A stretch of 63,812 bases of DNA, taken from contig UQUH01000004.1 of NCBI GenBank assembly GCA_900544245.1, positions 1 to 63,812 on the forward strand. The letters run 5' to 3'. The first letter of the stretch is position 1. Each line of letters begins with the position of its first letter. The DNA comes from an uncultured Coriobacteriaceae bacterium (GTDB lineage Bacteria; Actinomycetota; Coriobacteriia; Coriobacteriales; QAMH01). The translations under genes and the position numbers were made by a program. Below the pieces are notes generated by a model that searched no databases, was not told where the DNA came from, and saw nothing but the letters and a program-made list of their open reading frames with translations. This document shows, piece after piece, positions 62,751 to 63,812 of the stretch.

Positions 62751-62828
62751 GCACAATGAAAAACGGGGCGGCTGCTCGAGGCAACCGTCCCGCTCGTTTT
62801 TGCTACTAAGCTGCCGCGCTTTGGGATG

Positions 62829-63377
62829 CTATACGGCCTGGGAGGAAAGGATCTTGGAAAGCTCCTGGGCGCTATTGAAGGGAAGCGAGTCGCGCGGTCC
62901 GCTCACCTGGACCACGTCGCCTTCCCACACCCTGCCCTCATCGGAGAACTTGGGGGAATGCACGATGTAGCTGAAGCGCAGGCGCTTCTGGCTCGCATCG
63001 GGGCTCACGTTGGGATCGTAGTTGAGGTTGTCCAACAGCTCGCGCATGCCGTCGACATAGGCCTGCGGATCGTTGGATTCGAGACGTACCACGCCGACCT
63101 CGGGGTTGTAGAGCACCCCGTCGGAAATGAATATGGTGCGTATGCGCTCGCGACGCCTCTTTTCGGCGATGTGAATGGCAATGCACAGGCCAATGGTTAT
63201 GATCCACCAGAGAATGGTAATGACCAGGTCGCGCATGTCTATGAGGTGGAAACCGAGATAGTTCCAGAGCCACAGGAAAGCGATCGAGGCGACCATCAGA
63301 ATCGCGATAATGATTACGTTGCTTTTTCGCACCGCTTCACCTTCTTTCTGCATCGCGTTCTCATCCGGCGGAATCAT
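62829..63377 (-). CDS. Hypothetical membrane protein (two TM helices + soluble C-terminal domain)
   Basis: 182-aa ORF with hydrophobic segments VIIIAILMVASIAFLWLW and LVITILWWIITIGLCIAIHI. No recognisable motif. Confidence 0.5.
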   Translation of the reverse strand: MIPPDENAMQKEGEAVRKSNVIIIAILMVASIAFLWLWNYLGFHLIDMRDLVITILWWIITIGLCIAIHIAEKRRRERIRTIFISDGVLYNPEVGVVRLESNDPQAYVDGMRELLDNLNYDPNVSPDASQKRLRFSYIVHSPKFSDEGRVWEGDVVQVSGPRDSLPFNSAQELSKILSSQAV

Positions 63378-63446
63378 ATAACATTCAAACGAATAATTAC
63401 CCTGTCAAACTGCTAAACGTAATGACGTGCAAGGGAACAGGATGCG

Positions 63447-63483
63447 CAAAAACGAGGAGGGTGGTTCATGAACCACCCTCCTC
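63447..63483 (-). terminator. Rho-independent terminator of the partial gene at the window end
   Basis: gaggagggtggtt-catg-aaccaccctcctc is a perfect 13-bp stem (63454-63483). On the - strand it is followed by TTTTT (aaaaa 63448-63452 on the + strand). Confidence 0.75.
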
Positions 63484-63509
63484 TTGCTGTCTACCTGCGA
63501 ATATCTAGA

Positions 63510-63812
63510 TTACATCGCCTGGAAGGCGCCGTTGCTCACGCGGGATTCAACCGCCTGCTCCTCGCGCTTCCTTCCCATGATGTGGTCTTCGAAGTCGTCC
63601 ATGTCGCGGGCGCTGTGGCGACGGGCGTACAGCACGCCCAGGCCATAGACAATGGTGACAAGCGCGCCGAAAAGCATCAGCCAGTGCGTCCAGCAGTGGA
63701 TCTCCTCGAAGGCGGCCAGCGCGTTTGCGTCGTCGTCGATGGTGGTGATGTCGGCCAGCGGGTTCTCGGCATCGCCGATGGCCTCGACGGCCGCAACGGC
63801 GGCTGCAGCTGC
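63510..63812 (-). CDS. 3' end of a gene running off the window; C-terminal TM anchor
   Basis: My own translation of the - strand: ...AVEAIGDAENPLADITTIDDDANALAAFEEIHCWTHWLMLFGALVTIVYGLGVLYARRHSARDMDDFEDHIMGRKREEQAVESRVSNGAFQAM-stop (tta 63510-63512). It is absent from the ORF track because it is truncated. Confidence 0.5.
   Translation of the reverse strand, partial: AAAAAVAAVEAIGDAENPLADITTIDDDANALAAFEEIHCWTHWLMLFGALVTIVYGLGVLYARRHSARDMDDFEDHIMGRKREEQAVESRVSNGAFQAM

Overview
This 63.8-kb window is high-GC chromosomal DNA with about 60 protein-coding genes. Gene content suggests a Gram-positive actinobacterium, most likely Coriobacteriia, but that assignment is inference only. All homology calls come from reading the supplied translations and recalling family motifs. 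Nothing was searched or computed.

Housekeeping genes dominate:
- a FabK-type FAS-II cluster (acpP-fabK-fabD-fabG-fabF, with fabH divergent)
- serA, serC and ilvBN
- hpf, rlmKL, degV and pncB
- ricT/PSP1-holB-tmk-topA
- comF, mtnA, tatA-tatC-hypA-hypB and ahcY
- an iron locus: feoA, feoB, a dtxR-family repressor and a FeoB-associated Cys-rich peptide

Accessory content:
- A visibly AT-richer island at about 5.7-10.8 kb carries a Fic protein, a Sau3AI-type restriction enzyme, a C5-cytosine methyltransferase and a DUF4238 gene.
- Two toxin-antitoxin pairs are present (phd/parE and brnT/brnA).
- A module encodes an HTH-cupin regulator, an acyl-CoA synthetase and a cytoplasmic molybdopterin oxidoreductase.
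- An orphan trio at 54.6-57.7 kb encodes an adenylation enzyme, a PLP-dependent decarboxylase and a carrier protein. I consider this the best candidate for an undescribed system.

The most unusual sequence-level signal is the density of small repeats:
- About 18 copies of a 31-33-bp ATGAGACA...TGTCTCAT hairpin element. Three or four lie in frame inside ORFs (rlmKL, comF, nuclease N-terminus). Four supply the stop codon of the neighbouring gene.
- A related 3-copy CCAGACA hairpin.
- A GAGATTTCTCGA...CTCGAAATGACA repeat.
- Several intergenic arrays with a ~40-bp period.

A DUF853/HerA-like ATPase gene is interrupted by a single in-frame TGA at what I recall to be a conserved Trp position. No rRNA, tRNA, CRISPR array, transposase or integrase was recognised.
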